Shown here: positions 1 to 11,985 of the stretch, piece after piece | Layout: every line of letters starts with the position of its first letter | Position numbering within the stretch: the stretch's first letter is position 1 | Source: the human T2T-CHM13v2.0 reference genome, Homo sapiens | Length of the DNA stretch: 64,000 nt | Assembly: GCF_009914755.1 (NCBI RefSeq) | Contig: NC_060926.1 | Direction: 5' to 3' (one strand) | The notes under the pieces: model-generated | Database searches by the model: none | The model's input: the letters and a program-made list of their open reading frames with translations, nothing else | Told to the model about the DNA's origin: nothing | Made by a program: the position numbers and the translations under genes

Positions 1-151
1 CCTGTAATTCCAGCTAGTGAAGAGGCTGAGCCCGGAGAATCACTTGAACCCAGGAGGCAGAGGTGGCAGGGAGCCAAGATCACGCCACTGCACTCCAGCC
101 TGAGCAACAGAGTAAGACTCTGTCTCCAAAAAAAAAAAAAAAAAAAAAAAA
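1..151 (+). mobile_element. Alu right arm plus poly(A), cut by window start
   Basis: cctgtaattccagcta...gagaatcacttgaacccaggagg...cactccagcctgagcaacagag...A-tail. Confidence 0.95.
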
Positions 152-169
152 TTAAAAGTCACAGAAGAA

Positions 170-455
170 GATACACAGCATTATCTCATTTATGTAAAGT
201 TCAAAAGCAGACTGAGGTAAACTATACATTTTGGAGGAGCAATTTGGGTTCACTAAAATATGACAATAAGTAGCCTCCTTCTTTAGTATTTCCATGTGAT
301 ATAAATGGAGAGCAAAAGGACTGTGCTGATAAGAAAATACCTTAAAACTTAGGAGAGTGGACACCCCAGATGAGGGGAATGGAATGAGGTGGGAGGGGAG
401 AAGATGATTGAGAGGTATTTGAATCTCATCTGTGATTTTTCAATTTTACCTTCAT
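170..455 (+). mobile_element. Old L1M (L1ME-like) 3' fragment
   Basis: catttatgtaaagttcaaaagcagac...taaactatac resembles L1ME 3' UTR; very diverged. Confidence 0.4.
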
Positions 456-461
456 AATGCA

Positions 462-910
462 TGTATTAGTTTCCTCTGGCTGCAGTAACAAATTACTACA
501 ACTTGTTGGTTTGAAACAGTACGTATTTATTCTCTCTCAGTTCTGGAGGCCAGAGGTCTGAGATCAGTTTCATGGGGCAGAAGTCAAGGTGCTGATAGGG
601 AAATCTGTTCCTTGCCTCCTCCAGCTTCCTGTGGCTGCCAGCATCCTTGACTGGGGTCTGTATTGCCCCAATCTCTACCTCTGTGGTCACACTGCTGCTT
701 CCTCTTATGTGTGTGTAATATCCCCCTGTCTTTCTCTCACCAGGACACTTGTGATGCCATTTCAGGCCCTCCAGGTAATCCAGGGTCATCCCTCCAATAC
801 AGGATCCTTTCACATCTGCAAAGACCCTTTTTCCAAATGAGATCACATTTACAGGAGCAGGGCTTAAGACATGGATTATCTTTTGGGGGCTTATTTTCAG
901 ACGACCACAG
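462..910 (-). mobile_element. MLT1 (MaLR) solo LTR, MLT1C/D-like
   Basis: tgtattagtttcct...gctgcagtaacaaattactacaa...cagttctggaggccagagg...ctgcaaagacccttttccaaat...accaca. Confidence 0.88.
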
Positions 911-969
911 TGCATTTATGTGCTTGTTGTATAATTAAAAAGAAAAGGTACTTTTTGAAGGGTGAGTAG

Positions 970-1230
970 AAAACAATGCCCCTGGCTGCTGGGCAAAGAC
1001 TGTGTAGAAGGTGATTGGATTTGTCTAGGTGGGATGGGGCAGCAGCCTGGATTAAGGAGGTGGCAACAGAGATGACAAGAGTGAATGGAATCAAGATACA
1101 GTCTGGAGATAGTTTTTAGGAGTGGCTGGTGGGTCAAATGTAGAGAAAGAGGGGCATAGGAGGAGACAAGAATGACTTTTAAGTTTATGGCTTGGTAAAG
1201 AGAGGTGCCATATGCTGAGTTGAGAAACTC
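970..1230 (-). mobile_element. L2 fragment
   Basis: purine-rich ggaggagacaagaatgacttttaagtttatggcttgg...gtgccatatgctgag typical of antisense L2. Confidence 0.6.
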
Positions 1231-2754
1231 ACAGGTAACTTCAGCTACGTCATACTTGCCAAATGCTAAATATATTTTCTGCCTTTTGAAAAATGATCAA
1301 AATTACTAAACCAAGAGTGTTTAGAATGTTAATAATTGAGTGGTTTCTCATTTGGAGCTATCAAGATCTGGGAAAGAGATTTAGTAGGATCACAAGGAAG
1401 ACGAAATGTTTAGCCCATGGTTTGTAGAGCACCTAGCTCCTTCAGCAAATTGTGTGACACAACGAAGCATTAGAGACAATGACTGCCTGAATGACAGCAA
1501 ATGGAAATGAGCCGAATTGGGTTCTGAGGTCTGGGTACGTGGGTGTAACTCCCCTGCACCTGACCACTGATATTTGCTGTCTCCATAGTGACTGGAGCTC
1601 TTATGTGATAGCTTCCACCTGTATACACAACTATAAGACAAAAGAATATTCTATATGCATCTTTTCACTTTTCCCCCAAATAGCAATAACACTCTTTATG
1701 GAAAACAAACGGTTTTATTTTACAAATACTGAACTGCTCTTTGGCCTACCAGAGACTTGGAGTCAGAAGACACTGGTTGCAGATCTGCCACTTGCCATGT
1801 GACCCTGGGCTTGTTACCCAATCTCTCCAGGTCTGTGTTTCCTCCTGGGATTGTGGTGAAGGTCAGAGTATGTGCTCAGTAAATGTCTGATATTACTACT
1901 ATTACCAGCTTGGTTTCATAGGCTTTGGATGTCTCCTGGTAGTTTACTTTTATTTGGAAATGTTAAAATATAACATTTCCTTTATAATAAAAACAAGCCA
2001 AAAATGATTGTTATCCTTTTTTTCCCCTCTACCCTAGGTAGAGTCTGCCTTTAAAGATTGCTTATAAGTTAACAGTTGTAATATTCTTTCAAAGTCCTTC
2101 AAACAGAATTCAACATTTTCTGTTCTAATAGGTATTTTTTTTTACTCTGTTCAGATACACTCAACTATAGTTATCTGGAAAATTATTGCAAAACAACCCA
2201 CCTGCTTTAGCCAGTGTTCTGTAGATCCCCGAGGCAAAAATGGGGATAATTACTCAGGAGGATTGTCAGGGAACAGTGATATCATCACTTAACTCTTTGC
2301 TAGGATTCCTAGTGCAGACTTTGCAAACAAATCAACAGAAAGCCTGTGAAATTCCATCTGGTTTGAGATCTCTTTGTTTCTAAAGCTAAATGATGTCCTG
2401 ATAATCTCTTTGGCACCCATCCCCATTCCCATCCCTAAAATGTTTGTAAAGAAAGCAAATTCAGCAAACAAATTCCATGCAACCATTGCTGTCATATGAA
2501 TTAGCAAACAAGATTTGGCCAATGTCTGCAAATGAAGAACATCCAAACTAAATTTGTAAACTTCATTTTTATATCATATTTCTAAAAGTTAAGTGGCTGA
2601 AATACATAACTAAGGGTTGTTTAAGGATAAAAGACATGGTCACAGGAAGGGCTTGAGCCAGAGCCATCTTGATTTGTTGTTCCTGTTTTTTATTGTTTGT
2701 TGATTTTCTCTCTTCTAGTGAGATGAGATTGTATTTTCCTTATGAATTTGCCGG

Positions 2755-2899
2755 CTTTAACAATTTGGTGTCTTTAGCTCCCACCCAGGTACTAACTGAG
2801 CTTCCAGGCTACTTCCCCTTTCAGTTACGAGCACTATCCTTCCCTTAGCCATGTGGGTTGGGGCTTCACAATGCAAGCAGGCTCCTCTAACAGGATTGC
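2755..2899. repeat. 145-bp dispersed duplicate, copy 1
   Basis: Ungapped match to 5066-5210; 18 mismatches counted by eye (~88% identity). Confidence 0.92.
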
Positions 2900-3065
2900 T
2901 TCTTTAAATGAACTCTAGATTTGGCCTTGGAGAGACTTAGCGCCGCCCCATTTCCTCCTGAGACTTATCCCAAGACAGCCCTGATGGAGCCTAAGAATTC
3001 AAAGTCCTTCAGGTCATAATTTCTTTTTCCTTCTGTCTAAGGAAACAGAAGCCATAGATTTAGCT

Positions 3066-3230
3066 CATGGGTTCTCTAAATGCAGTCCCTAGACCAGTAG
3101 CATCAGTATCACCTGGGAACTTACGAGAAAGGCAAATTGTTGCGTGCACCCTAGATCTCCTGAAATCGAAATTCTGGAGTTGGTGCCGGACGCTCTGTGA
3201 GTCTAATGTATAGTGAGGTTTGAGAGCCAT
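3066..3230. mobile_element. MER5A (hAT-Charlie) fragment
   Basis: ggttctctaa...agaccagtagcatcagtatcacctgggaactt...gaggtttgagagcca. Confidence 0.75.
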
Positions 3231-3240
3231 ATGTCTGGTT

Positions 3241-3450
3241 CAAGCTTGTCCAACCCACAGCCCATGGGCCACATGCAGGATGGCTTTGAATGCAACCCAA
3301 CACAAATTTGTAAACTTTCTTAAAATGTGAGGGGTTTTTTTTAGTATTTTTTTTTTCTCATCAGCTGTTTTTAGTGTATTTTATGTGTGGCCCAAGACAA
3401 TTGTTCTTCTTCCAGTGTGGCCAGGGAAGCCAAAACATTGGACAGCCCTG
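3241..3450. mobile_element. MER30 (hAT-Charlie MITE)
   Basis: cttgtccaacccacagccc...ggatggctttgaatg...gtgtggcccaagacaatt...ttggacagccctg; degenerate 8-bp TSD gtctggtt/atctagtt. Confidence 0.85.
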
Positions 3451-3548
3451 ATCTAGTTCTTCCAAAAATTCAGAGAAATTCAATCAAAAGTTATGTGTTC
3501 TCTCACCTCCTCTCAGTTCTATTTTAGAGATGGTTAAATCAGACAAGT

Positions 3549-5528
3549 TGAGTCAAATGTCGACCAAAATACTTGATTCTGGCAGATACCTGATAAGGCT
3601 GTCAGAAATGCCCATCTTGGGGTCTGACCTCAAAACAAGACAAACATCTGGAACCTTTATTTTTGTATCTTCAGCTTGGGGATGTGGGTGGTAGAGGGGA
3701 AAGTAACTATCCTTTTTCCGATGGAAAATATTTAGCTTGAGTGATGTGAAGATTTCAGTAGATCTGTGACAAGATCAAAGACCATAAATTACTTAACAGT
3801 GGTTCTACTTTCGTGGGATTATTTGAAGTATCATAATTACAATTCAGCTTCCTGGCTTTCATTTTTGAGTCTGGAATTCTGTTGGGAGCTATCATAATCA
3901 CTGAAGAGTATAATATTACAGACTGGGTATAAAAATATCTTTTTAATGACTAGCAAATTAGTGAAATGCCTCAACTTGGGTGGGGAACAAATAGAAGACG
4001 CTGTTTTTATGAAGGAAGGGGCAGAAAACTAAATTGTCACCACGTTGTTATTCTTGTTGAATTCTCCACTCCTTAAATTGTCAGTTGATTAGATAGAATT
4101 TGTAACACAGTACATCAGTATAAGTGATGAAGGGCTGTGTGGCAGGCAGAGGTGTCTTGGAACTTCTGCAGTTGTGGTTTGGTTTGAATTTTAGCAGGCA
4201 CAGGCTGAAAATTAACATCAGGTGAGTCATTATATTGATCCCAGGTGTACAGTTCTACGGGCTCTTCTCACCTGACCAGGACAGTAGCAACAGGGCTTGT
4301 AGACCAAAAACATTTAAAAAATTAAAAATAAGCTTTCTAAAACACTAGGTTAGTGGGGCCCCATTACAATATTCCCCTGTAAATCAGACAATTACTTGCT
4401 GCACATATTTTCCAGTTTGTTATAACTTCTGTAACAGTTAACCTAAGGAGTTATAAATTCTGCTTGTGGATCAAAATCACAGTCTGCTTGTGTAGATTTA
4501 TATTTCAAAATAGCATGTGTTCTGTTCACAGCAAAGGCAGAGCAGGTTCTGCCAAGTTTGTAACCTCACAGGTTTAGAGTTTTTGAAACCCCAAATTGAA
4601 ATTCTTGTGGTATCAAGTCCATTTTCAAAAGCAGCTTAGAGTCTGAAGAGATGGCTCTTGACATCAATTAACTCTTTTTGAACCAAGGCCTTAGTGAATT
4701 AATTTTAAACCCAACCGCAGATGTAGCATAGTTCTTTTCTAGTACGCAAGCATTCAAAAGTGCAGGGTCAAACACACCTAATTAACTCATGCAGTGCATT
4801 TGAAGGTTTATTGAGTCTGCATTCACTTTATAAAACATCAAAAATAATATATACAAAACATGTCTCATGTTCAGTGAGTCAAGGACAAGCAAGTAAGAAT
4901 TTATTGTAAAGCTCACACAATGCTGTCTGTATGAACTTTTAACCCACTGTGCCTATGCCTTGTGAATATTTATTCAAGGAAGAGACTCTGTGCTCACAAC
5001 AAGGACATTCTGTTAATTTCCCCCTCCAAAATCTGATGTTGTTGTGCAAATGGGTAGTTTTCTTTCTTTAACAGTTTAGTGTGTTTAGCTCCCACCCAGA
5101 TACTAACTGAACTTCCTGGCTACTTCTCCTCTCAGTTAAGAGCACTATCCTTCCTCTAGCCATGTGGGTTGGGGATTTACTGTGCGAGAAGGCTTCTCTA
5201 ACAGGATTGCCTCTGAAAAGACTGTCCCACTCCTGCCCTGGACCTGCAGACAGCCCTTCTCTGACAATGAAGAAGACCGCACCTCCCTGCCCTTTCAATT
5301 CCTTGTTAAGCGAGCATTAACGCCTCTGTTAGCCACAGCTGGCACCAGGAATCCAGACACAGGTGGGTCTTGTTTACCTTGAGTCAGTCACGTGCTTCTC
5401 ACACCCACATGGGATGATCCTTGGCTCCCAGGAGAGGAGGGGCTTGGTAGTTCACCCAGTTCACTCCGTTCTTTTAAACTGGCTCACAGAGATTATCCAG
5501 AGAGCCTTAGAAAGCCTGTGGTGACTCA
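3549..5528. promoter_or_regulatory. Candidate AP-1-rich enhancer block
   Basis: TGA(G/C)TCA at 3549, 4223, 4875, 5380, 5522; RUNX-type TGTGGTTT at ~4173; FOX-type TGTTTAC at 5371; repeat-free. Confidence 0.4.
5066..5210. repeat. 145-bp dispersed duplicate, copy 2
   Basis: Ungapped match to 2755-2899. Confidence 0.92.
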
Positions 5529-5739
5529 TTCCCAAGGAAGGACTTGCTTTCCCCCCTACCCATTATACAACAGTAGCTCTGTATATGTAAGTAGCTGTGT
5601 TGTGATATAAGGCACCCACATCATCTCAATTAATCCTTTTGTTTACATATTTCAACTGGCTAATGGACAACAGATTTAGAACTAGGGACTCTCATTCTGT
5701 TTCTCTTCCATGTTCTGCTGCCTCTCAATAGGGCCTTAA

Positions 5740-5950
5740 TAATAACAATTACTGTTTTGAGTGTGCCTCCCAGTTCTGGAGCACTTTCTTGTATATGGAA
5801 CCTGATGTGACCCTCAGAACAGCCCCATCAGGTAGGTGCACTAACTTTGTTTTATAGATTAGGAATTGGAGGTCTGAGAGGTTGAATTACTTGAATGAGA
5901 TCACTCAGCTATAGGGTGAATTTAGGATTTGAACCCGGCTTATTCTTGTG
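5740..5950 (-). mobile_element. MIR
   Basis: ttttatagattaggaattggaggtctgagaggttgaattacttg...gatcactcagct...ggatttgaaccc. Confidence 0.8.
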
Positions 5951-6189
5951 GCAATTGCAAAAGCCATTTTTCCTTCTCATGCTTACACAGGTCTCTTGAT
6001 GCCTATCCCAAAGCTCATCTGCATTATTGTTTATTCTTGTCCTTTCTTGTATGGATTCAAGATGTGCTCAGGATGGAAGCTTTGGGAGCTGAGTGTCCGT
6101 CACTTGTTCATTTACTACTTTTATTTCTTAAATGAATGAATTAAATCTATTTAATTATGTATATCAATTCATTAAATATATATTACATG

Positions 6190-6525
6190 TATAAAATGAG
6201 TTCATACATTGTGCTTAGAACAATGCCTGGTGCATAGTATATACTCAATAAATGTGAGTTATTTTCAGCCACTTATACATCATTTCTTGAGTTCTTGCTC
6301 TGTGCCCATCACTGAGCAGCCTCTACTGGGGAAACCAAAATAAATAATGCATGTCACCTTCTACTGTCCTAACATTGCACTTGTCCATCTTTGCTGACTA
6401 GATTGCAGCCTTTATGGGGTTAGGACATATCTGTATCATTTACCTTTATATCTCCAGTGTTTAGCACAGAGCCTGATGTGTCTTTGGTACAGAAAAAATA
6501 TTTATTGAACAAATAGATGAATGCT
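6190..6525. mobile_element. MIR/L2 3' fragments
   Basis: gtgcttagaacaatgcctggtgcatagtatatactcaataaatg; ccagtgtttagcacagagcctga...tatttattgaac. Confidence 0.65.
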
Positions 6526-8549
6526 TGGACACTGGAGATTTGGTAAGTTTCCAAAATCATCTCAATTTAGAAATTAAATCATACCATTCAGCTTGGGTTG
6601 TCATCATTATTTTCTTTGTTTTGTTGGGTGTCTGGATGACATCTATTCACATGTCTGGTGGACATCCTCTTCCTTCTGTGCTGCAGAGACAAACTCACCC
6701 TTGGCAATGCCAGGGAGGTGGCCTCCAGGCTCAAATCTCTTAAAGGCAATGACAGCCATGGGAAATCCACGGGTCCTTGTGTAATTGGGGCCTCAGGAGG
6801 TCTACTCCGGGATGGAGGAGTGCCTGGGAGTCATCTGTTTGGAGTTTTCAGCCTCTCCCTAAGAGGAGGACACTGTCCTTCCTTCCCCATTTCTGAGGCT
6901 TGAGCTCCATTTTTCAACTCTTCCAACATGTTGCTTTATAACTCTAGGCCAACAACCCAGACCTCCTGGACTTCCCCGTTTGCCCTCTTGGGAGGGGTGG
7001 CGGTACTCTCACTCCTTGTAGTTTGGTGGGAAAGTGTAGGGTGTGGAGGGAAGATATATTTCTGACTGCTTTTTCATACTGGGTACCTGACCGAAGGTCA
7101 GATTGCTGCTGCTGGTTGGTTGTTGTCAAGGCTAGGGTCTAGCTTGAGCTCATATACTGCAGTCTTTGCCAGCAGTGCTCCAACTTGCATATATAGTGCA
7201 TTGCTGCATAATTGCCACATAGCACAGATTACAAAGGCCAAAATTCACCTAGGGATTTCTCCCAAAATGCAGCATGGTTTAAGTGAGCAAAGGAGGTGCC
7301 AGTCCCCGCTTATAGTCAGGATCTGTGGTACAGGGAGGATGACTTGTCCACCCTGGCTCAGACAAGGGAGGAAGCCCAGGAACACACTCTCTAATCTCAT
7401 CATTTTAAAAGCTACTATTTTTGAGTACCTAATGCATGCCACGCCCCTTACACTTTTGTGTCATTTAAATTAATCATTTTTGCCAGTCTTGTGGAGTTAA
7501 ATTAAAAACCCTTCCCCTCTCCCCCATGCATTTTTTAAAGCTCAAGTAATTAAACTTGGTGGAACTAAGTATTTTTCCTGCAGATAATAAAGAAGAGCTG
7601 GAATCTGAACCCAGTTTTAACCCCAAAGCATGAGTTCTTAACCACTTTAACATCCCACTTCATTTTCCATGCTGCTCCCCAGTGTACTTTGAAAGCTAAT
7701 ATAGCTTTCAAAGAGTTGAGGACAGACATCTTCATAGCTACCTTATTTTTCCACGACTTCCTTCCTAAAAAAAAAACAAAAAAAACAAACAAAAAAAAAA
7801 CCAGAAAACTGATGCTGGCTATGCAACCGATGTTGCACAGACTGCAAATGGCAGAGAGGAGTTGTCATCTTTTATGTTTTCTCTGGATTGGCTTCCAACA
7901 GGTCCCGTAGGAACTCTTATTGTGTACATGAGAAACAAAGCTAATACATTTCTCCCCTCCACTACCCCTCAGCCTCCGAAAAGTTAAGATATAAAAGTGA
8001 GAGCAGAAACAGTATCAAGCGTGTTTCTCTGGATGGTCCGTGCAAAAACAATGGAATTCCAAGTGGAGACTGAGTGAGTTCTGACAGGAAACTGGGTTTA
8101 ATGTATAAGGTCTCCAGATTTCCTCATGCCACTCCAGCCAATCAGAAACTGATATCAACTCTCTTCTCATGGTTTAGCTGTTGTGCTGTCATAGTGACAA
8201 CTTCACCTTCTGCATTTCAAACTCTGAGGAAAATTAGGAAAAACTCAATCTTGCTTTCTTCAAGAAAGAAAATTCTGGTTACGGTTGAGCAGATTGGAAA
8301 ATGATCACACAACCAGAAGGTAATGTCAAATGTAAAACATCACCTTCTCTTTTTGCAGTTGGTTTAGCTTCCAGGTAGTGTGAATGTATGGAGTTGAATA
8401 AAATAAAAATTCAATTACTGGAGCAAGGAATTGAATTTTTATTAGGACAATACAAGACAGAAGAAATTCCAAAATGTCTAGAGCTGATGTGAGACTCCAC
8501 TCCAAGGGTCAGATGGCACAGTGAGGAAGTGGGGACCATGTAGGTCTTC

Positions 8550-8758
8550 AGAACCAAGCCTGGGGACAAAGGGACAGAGCTTACTTTTGCTATTTGCTGC
8601 CTGCTGCATATTATGAAATTAATTAAATTCTCTGAGCTTCAGTTTCTTCATCTGCAGAATGGAGATGATACCTTCTTTGCAGGGTTTTGATGAGGATCAA
8701 ATGGTGTAACATAACAATGCAAAACCCTTGAAATAAAGTATGTTTTCAAGCAATGTTA
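8550..8758 (+). mobile_element. MIR
   Basis: ctctgagcttcagtttcttcatctgcagaatggagatgata core. Confidence 0.75.
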
Positions 8759-8767
8759 GATCCTTCC

Positions 8768-9166
8768 TGATATGGTTTGGATCTGTGTCCCTGCCCAAAT
8801 CTCATGTCAAATTGTAATCCTCAATGTTGGAGGAGGGGCCTTGTGGGAGGTGATTGGATGATGGGGGTGGACTTCTTCATTGGTGCTGTTCTCATGTTAG
8901 TGAGTGAGTTCTTGTGAGATCTGTTTGTTTAAAAGTGTGTAGCACCTCCCTTCTCTCTCTCTTCCTCTCGCTTCAGCCATGTAAGATGTGCCTGCTTCCC
9001 CTTCATTTTCCGTCATGATCGTAAGTTTCCTGAGGCCTCCCCAGAAACTGATATCACCATGCTCCCTGTACACCCTGCAGAACCGTGAACCAATTCAAAC
9101 TCTTTTCTTTATAAATTACACCATCTCAATTGTTTCTTCATAGCAACGTGAGAATGGCTTACTACA
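8768..9166 (+). mobile_element. MSTA/MSTB (MaLR) solo LTR
   Basis: tgatatggtttggatctgtgtccctgcccaaatctcatg...cttactaca; TG...CA ends; 5-bp TSD cttcc on both sides. Confidence 0.92.
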
Positions 9167-9514
9167 CTTCCCCTCATTGCCTTTCCTCTCTTCTATAAAA
9201 TAACCCATATCTCTCAGTTAGAGAATAACCCCTCAGAGTGTATTGGTTTGTGAGGGCTGCCATAACAAATATCACAAACTTAATGGCTTAAACACCAGAT
9301 TTGACTCATGGTTCTGGGGGCTAGAAATCCAAGACCAAGGTGTCAGCAGGGTTGGCTCCTTCTTTAGCCATTTTATCATCACATTGATAACCTCACCTTT
9401 CTCGTAGTGAGAAAGAATCTATTCCAGGCCTCTTCCCAAAGTTCTGGTAGTTTGCTGACAATCTTTAGTATTCCTCAACTTATAGAAACATCAACTCGAT
9501 CTCTATCTTCATCT

Positions 9515-11162
9515 TTTTTTTTTAAGGTATCAGATTGTTTTTATTTATTTATTATTTTACATTTTTTTTAATTTCAATAGGTTTTGGGAAACAGGTGGTG
9601 TTTGGTTACATGAATAAGTTCTTTAGTGGTGATTTCTGAGATTTTGGTGCAGCCATCACCTGAGCAGTATACACTGTATCCAGTGTATAGTCTTTTTTTT
9701 TTTTTTTTTTTTTGAGACGCAGACGGGGTTTCACCTTGTTAGCCAGGATGGTCTCGATCTCCTGACCTCATGATCCACCCGCCTCGGCCTCCCAAAGTGC
9801 TGGGATTACAGGCGTGAGCCACCGGGCCCGGCCCAGTGTATAGTCTTTTATCCCTCACAATCCCCTGCCCTTTCCCCCTAGTCCCCAAAGTCCATTGTAT
9901 CATTCTTAGGCCTTTGCATCCTCATAGCTTAGCTCCCACGTAAGAGTGAGAAACAATGTTTGGTTTTTCCATTCCTGAGTTACTTCACTTAGAATAATAA
10001 TTTCCAGTTCCAACCAGGTTGCTGTGAATGTCATTATTTTGTTCCTTTTTATGGCTGAGTAGTATTCCATGGTTTATATATACTACATTTTCTTTATCCA
10101 CTCATTGATTGATAGGCATTTGGGCTGGTTCCATATTTTTGCAATTGCAAATTGTGCTGCTATAAACATGTGTGTGCAAGTATCTTTTTCGTATAATGAC
10201 TTCTTTTCCTTCGGGTAGACACCCATGAGTGGGATTGCTGGATCAAATGGTAGATCTACTTTTAGTTCTTTAAGGAACCTCCACACTGTTTTCCATAGTG
10301 GCTGTACTAGTGTACACTCCCACCAACAGTGTAAAAGTGTACCCTTTTCACCACATCTGTGCCAATATCTATTATTTTTTGAATATGGCCATTCTTGTAG
10401 GAGTGAGATGGTATCGCATTATGGTTTTGATTTGCATTTCCCTGATAATTAGTGATTTTGAGCATTTTTCCATATGCTTGCTGGCCATTTTTGTATCTTC
10501 TTTTGAGAATTGTCTTTTCATGTCCTTAGACCACTTTCTGATGGGGTTGTTTTTTTCTTGCTGATTTGTTTGGGTTCCTTGTAGATTCTGGATATTAGTC
10601 TGTTGTTGGATTATAGATTGTTAATATTTTCCCCCACTCTGTGGGTTGTCTGTTAACTCTGCTGATTATTATTATTTTTGCTGTGTGGAAGCTTTTTAGT
10701 TTAAGTCCCATCTATTTATCTTTGTTTTTATTGCATTTGCTTTGGGGTTCTTGATCATGAAGTCTTTGCCTAAGCCAATGTCTGGAAGAGTTTTTCCGAT
10801 GTTATCTTCTAGAATTTCTATGGTTTCAGATCTTAGATTTAAGTCTCTGATCCATCTTGAGCTTATTTTTATATAGGGTGAGAGATGAGGACCCAGTTTC
10901 ATTCTTCTACACGTGGCTTGCCAATTATCCCAGCACCATTTGTTGAACAGGGTGTTCTTTCCCCACTGTATGTTTTGTTTGCTTTGTCGAAGATCAGTTG
11001 GCTGTAAGTATTTGGGTTTATTTCTGGGTTCTCTATTCTGTTCCATTGGTCTGTGTGCCTATTTTTATACCAGCACTATGCTGTTTTGGTAACTCAACTC
11101 TGGCCTTGTATTATAGTTTGAAGTCGGGTAATGTGATGCCTACAGATTTGTTCTTTTTGCTT
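9515..11162 (-). mobile_element. 5'-truncated L1PB1-like LINE (ORF2 3' end plus 3' UTR)
   Basis: 3' UTR aataggttttgggaaacaggtggtgtttggttacatg; ORF2 remnants [19 protein letters not shown] and [15 protein letters not shown]...; degenerate TSD tctatcttcatctt/tctgccttcatctt. Confidence 0.92.
9693..9833 (-). mobile_element. Internally deleted AluYb8/Yb9 (left monomer fused to 3' end)
   Basis: Minus strand reads ...GCGGGTGGATCATGAGGTCAGGAGATCGAGACCATCCTGGCTAACAAGGTGAAACCCCGTCT-GCGTCTC-A(n), carrying Yb8 diagnostics; perfect 16-bp TSD cagtgtatagtctttt. Confidence 0.88.
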
Positions 11163-11799
11163 TCTGCCTTCATCTTAATGCTGTGTTCCTCCTGTGTGTC
11201 TGTCTCCAAATTTTCACTTTTTATAAGGATGTCATTCATTATTAAATTAGGGCCCACCCTAATGACCACTTTTTAAATTAATCGCCTCTGCATAGATACT
11301 ATCTCCAAATAAGTTCATGTTCTGAAGTATTGGGAGTTAGTACTTCCACATATGGATTTGGTGGGGGGAGTACAATTCAACCCATAACAGAGGGCAAGTG
11401 GGTATGACACTGATTGGGGAAGGAATGATATATAATGGATTGGAATTTGAATGTCCATCTGGGGATTTTGTCTGTTAGCTGCAGGCTGATTTAGCTACAT
11501 AGTGACTTCCTTTGTATCATGACCCCTTTGGGAAAAATGGAGTTACTGCAACAACAGCAGGAAATAAGTTTCTAGTGAGCCACAGGGACAAGCCTTATCC
11601 CTGCAATCAGAGTATTAAGGCTGACTTTATATACACACTGTAAGATGGGGCAGCCAGAATAGATACTGCTTCTATGGCTCAAGGAAAGGGTTGGAGGTAC
11701 GAAATTATACCTCCAGATAGAGGAGAAGTTGAAAACACTTGGTTTTGGCAGAAATTTTTGGTTGGCATCATGGAGTTATTTCCCATTCAGTAGTAATCA

Positions 11800-11985
11800 A
11801 GGCATTTTATAGTTGGTACTTTTTATTGCTCACCATTTGACAATAACATGTATGTTATGTTGTTTGATTCCTAAAACAAGTTGTAAAGTAGCTTTTCATA
11901 TGCCCACTTTACAAATAATAAAACTGATGCACAGAGAGGTTAGGAGACTTGTAGGTTTTGGGCCTCTGACATCCAGCACTCCTTC
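11800..11985 (-). mobile_element. MIR
   Basis: cccactttacaaataataaaactgatgcacagagaggttagg. Confidence 0.7.

Larger units (their letters stand above)
9239..11388 (-). mobile_element. MLT1 (MLT1C-like) LTR, split by L1PB1 insertion
   Basis: tgtattggtttgtgagggctgccataacaaa... (9239-9514) resumes tctgccttcatctt...caattcaacccataaca (11163-11388). Confidence 0.85.

Noticed and set aside
2755-2899. Firm call as H/ACA or C/D snoRNA or miRNA
   Set aside because: No convincingly placed box motifs and no compensatory substitutions between the copies; kept only as a hypothesis
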